A stretch of DNA of 63,423 nucleotides, filler included, from Lenisia limosa (taxonomy: Eukaryota; Protista; Breviatea): assembly GCA_001655205.1 (NCBI GenBank). It is 10 parts of 10 records of this genome, joined end to end, with 100 filler letters (N's around TTAATTAATTAA, not from the genome) between each part and the next. Parts side by side here need not be neighbours in the genome. Positions count along the whole stretch, not along the records: positions 60,383 to 63,423 come from LPNZ01006649.1; 9 more parts are not named here. One strand, given 5' to 3'. Shown piece after piece: positions 60,283 through 63,423 of this stretch (positions are counted from its first letter, which is position 1; the number at the start of each line of letters is the position of its first letter). A program made the translations under genes and the position numbers. Below the pieces are notes generated by a model, which did no database searches, was not told the DNA's origin, and was given only the letters and a program-made list of their open reading frames with translations.

Positions 60283-60382
60283 NNNNNNNNNNNNNNNNNN
60301 NNNNNNNNNNNNNNNNNNNNNNNNNNTTAATTAATTAANNNNNNNNNNNNNNNNNNNNNNNNNNNNNNNNNNNNNNNNNNNN
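60283..60382. other. Artificial contig linker 9
   Basis: 44N-TTAATTAATTAA(60327-60338)-44N. Confidence 0.97.
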
Positions 60383-60469
60383 GCTTCTGCAGCACCGCAT
60401 CCCATCACTCCAAGTAAAACGAAGTAAATTTCAATCTCACGAGTCCGAACACCCATTTCCTCTGTTTCA

Positions 60470-62309
60470 CCCCCCTACATCCAGAGACCGCTTCAAGATT
60501 GGCAAGTTCAACTGTCTCAATTAAAGGGGACTTCTTGAGGTGAAAATACTTGATGGAGATGACGTTGGCAAAGGGCGGCAGTGTCAGCAGGTAGTATTCT
60601 GGGATGTGAGTTGTATTTATGGCTTCATTTCGGTTCGGGAGATAGTTTTCGAGGATTTAACGAGAAATTCAGGCTTTTTTCCAAGGGAGGAAAATCCATC
60701 GAGAAGAGAAAATTAGAATACGTATTCTGGATTGTGAGATTTACGCTCATATGCAAAGATGATAAATAAAACAAGGTTATATCTGACCGATGCTAAGAAA
60801 ATATTCTGGATTAAACAATAGTATTTGACCGACCTTCATGGATGCACAGGCGCACTTCCCCCGAAATCTGCAGGTTCTTTAACCCGTTTAATGTGATGAC
60901 GTTTGTTTTGGAAACTATAGGGTTACAACAAGACGGTGATGAAACGTAATACTCATCACAATGGGTGGAAATAAGATATAATGTCGATATTGATAGGCAA
61001 AAACCAAATATTCATGTCACCACGTTTGTGAGATATTGATTATCGAATCTCAACAACATCACATTTAGAAGAGTTGTGATGATTGCTTAACATCAGTCTT
61101 CAACATGACACAGTATATTATTTTCACTGGTAGGTATCTGGGTCCCAGTATTGCATATAACATTAACAAGTAAACGAGACCTTTATATTCGGTTCCTCAA
61201 GACATTACAAATACCAGTTTATCGAGATAGCTGTCTTTTCTGGAGCGATCGTAAAGCTTTACTACTAAAGAAACATCTCCCATCAAACTTTCAACAACAG
61301 AAGTGACAGTAAGCGCGCCAAATCCAGGGAAGTCATTTATGGTTACTGAAGCTGAAAAGATGAACATCGGAAAAGGCGAATCAGGGATTAAAGCAGTCCG
61401 CTAAACCAGAATAAAACCTCGGAGTGTAGGATTTTTCCATGGATTTAGTATAGCGCTTATGACTAGTTTTGACCAAAATTCTTTAGCGGCCTGCTTTAAT
61501 AATAAAACAAGACTGTCTCAGTGAATAACTATGAATATTGGAGTGTTCTGCGAGAGAAAATATTCCTAAGGATATTTGAACGTACACACCAGCTAGGGCT
61601 TCACTTCGCTTCGAAAATACCGGTAGAATATCGATAATTTTCAAAGATTTATCGAGAAATTCAGTCTTTTTTCGAAACGAAGTGAAGACCTAACACCAGC
61701 ACATCAACCTGACGAAAAAGTCAGGATTCACATTTTTTAAATGGGAATCCATAGTTGTATGGAAATCCGAAGAAATCCATGGGATTACCAAATACTACAA
61801 GGTAATTCAAGGTTGCTGCACCGTAGTTTTTATGGGCAACCAAAGGAGCCTCATCAGCAGGAAAAACAAAAATGACGATCAAGATTGCGAGAAAGACCAA
61901 CGGCACATGCCTCTCTTACAGTCGTAGGGATCCTTAAAAAAGAGCTGCTCCACTTGAATAAGGCCTGACAGCGAGGAGTAGTCAACCCCTGCTCTGGCTA
62001 TGATGTGAAGAAAAAATTCATCCGTAGAACAACATACCTTTTTCGATCTGGAGCTTTCCAGTAACGTATCGTAAAGATGTTAAGTGACTTAAGGCCACAA
62101 TTGTGGGCGACTTAAGGGTCAGGTCCCCTTCGATTGTTGAACATCCCGATAATTCGAAGACCTCTTCTTCTTTATAGGTACCACTACTACATGCTAAAGC
62201 AATAACAAGGTGCAAATTACAGCTTACGTCCTCCAGCATAGGCCAGCAAGGCATTAGAAAACAAAAAGTGGATAAAAACCAAAAGTACCAGCTTCATAGA
62301 ACCGGCCAT
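60470..62309 (-). CDS. Secreted/surface protein with receptor L-domain-type repeats, 3'-partial
   Basis: Signal peptide MAGSMKLVLLVFIHFLFSNALLAYAGG, then CSSGTYKEEEVFELSGCSTIEGDLTLKSPTIVALSHLTSLRYVTGKLQIEK (L-domain consensus L..C..I.G.L.I......L..L..L..I.G.L.I); later TLNGLKNLQISGEVRLCI and ETVELANLEAVSG. Confidence 0.7.
61594..61692. mobile_element. MITE family M1 copy (full length)
   Basis: TA-GGGCTTCACTTCGCTTCGAAAA...TTTTTCGAAACGAAGTGAAGACC-TA. Confidence 0.9.
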
Positions 62310-62594
62310 AGCAGCAAACTGCTAGCAGGCAGCAGTGACAGCTGCTGTGGCAACTAAAAAAACCTCTGGTTCAAATTGTTCTTTTCGCTTCCTCTTACAA
62401 ACTACATGTTTAAGGATAACAGGATAGGACTGGTTGTTTATTTGAAGATTTGAAGATGTTTATTGCATTTTATACTAAACTTATCCGGGGTCTGCATAAA
62501 CCAAAAAATAACATTTAACAGTCAGAAAAAACGAAGAAAAGCACGTTTCAGAGTATTTTAATTATTGTTGGTTGAACCGGTTTGACGACGAAAG
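62310..62594. promoter_or_regulatory. Short (~285 bp) head-to-head intergenic region, probable bidirectional promoter
   Basis: Start codons at 62309 (-) and 62595 (+). Confidence 0.4.
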
Positions 62595-63272
62595 ATGCCG
62601 AACACGCAGGTGTACTCCGCTCCTGGTGGGTTTGTCACTCTGCTACTTACCTTTCAGTGGTTTTCCGCAACCTTTCGCAGAAACAATCGCTAGCAAGCTC
62701 ATTAGATTCGCTCAAATACCTCAGCGATGTCTTTGACGATGCCTTCGACAAGATCTCCGCAAGGGTTTGCTTGATGCTTGATGACATCTGTGTTCGAAGG
62801 GGCTTTCTTTGCCCCAGCTTTACCAATAATAGGGAATTTGTTTTGAATCTAAGTGATTGTCTAGGGGTATAACATGGTAGTTTCACATCCATATCTTAAT
62901 AGATTATTAAAAAGTAGTTGGTGTATTTGTGACAAGAAATTTTTAAAGATAGGAAATGAGACAATATTGGTCTTTGAAACTCCTTTATATGTTTACATGA
63001 ATANNNNNNNNNNNNNNNNNNNNNNNNNNNNNNNNNNNNNNNNNNNNNNNNNNNNNNNNNNNNNNNNNNNNNNNNNNNNNNNNNNNNNNNNNNNNNNNNN
63101 NNNNNNNNNNNNNNNNNNNNNNNNNNNNNNNNNNNNNNNNNNNNNNNNNNNNNNNNNNNNNNNNNNNNNNNNNNNNNNNNNNNNNNNNNNNNNNNNNNNN
63201 NCGACAAGATCGAAAAGATCGCATCATCAACCACTCTTGCCACCACCGTCTTGTCGTCTGCGAAGTACCCGG
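62595..63272 (+). CDS. WASH1: WASH complex subunit 1 (WAHD domain), 3'-partial
   Basis: MPNTQVYSAP|(32-nt intron)VVFRNLSQKQSLASSLDSLKYLSDVFDDAFDKISAR|...DKIEKIASSTTLATTVLSSAKYP matches the WASH1 N-terminus (Q.Y.VP.I..DL......+.D.L.YL..V..D+F.RIS..V...KIEKI.......V.SSAKYP). Confidence 0.85.
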
Positions 63273-63423
63273 GTAGGGCACGGGTATTTATCGAGACACA
63301 CAGAAAGCTGTGTACACTGTAAGGAAAATGATGGCCAATTAATATTAGAGTATATTAATCCAATATCTCTATAGTATAAGCGTGATGGTGTGGAAAGCTT
63401 CGGCTAGATACTACTTTATGTAT

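Noticed and set aside
5386-60338. TTAATTAATTAA palindrome recurring nine times as a possible biological motif
   Set aside because: Always centred in exactly 44 N + 44 N and encodes stops in all six frames; it is an assembly linker.
412-63374. Many ORFs in the supplied track containing long X runs
   Set aside because: They are open only because N gaps contain no stops.

Overview
Eukaryotic nuclear DNA from an intron-rich organism that I cannot identify (probably a protist). The window is a pseudo-scaffold: ten pieces are joined by artificial 100-bp linkers (44 N + TTAATTAATTAA + 44 N), and there are many internal N gaps, mostly next to poly-G/poly-C runs. Adjacency across linkers therefore cannot be trusted. 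Splicing exons by hand gives about 15 protein-coding genes in the standard code. The recognisable ones are an M13/neprilysin-like peptidase, a PARL-type rhomboid, BRF1, an SH3 + coiled-coil protein, a ZNF830-like protein, a SWR1/SRCAP Snf2 ATPase, a TRAPPC11-like protein, a receptor-L-domain protein and WASH1; the rest are orphans. Introns are bimodal: 22-33 nt micro-introns coexist with long introns packed with MITEs and other TE relics from at least five families, plus one Tc1 transposase pseudogene. The most striking observations concern splicing. (1) Two consecutive 22- and 23-nt introns of the SWR1-like gene can only be removed as non-canonical GT..TG introns if the conserved protein is to be kept. 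(2) The next intron of the same gene is about 5.8 kb and contains a nested antisense multi-exon gene plus TEs. (3) The exon after it sits between ~440-bp inverted repeats. (4) Several short tandem duplications copy AG|GT splice junctions and look like introns in the making. No rRNA, tRNA or CRISPR array was recognised. All protein identifications come from remembered family motifs, not from database searches.
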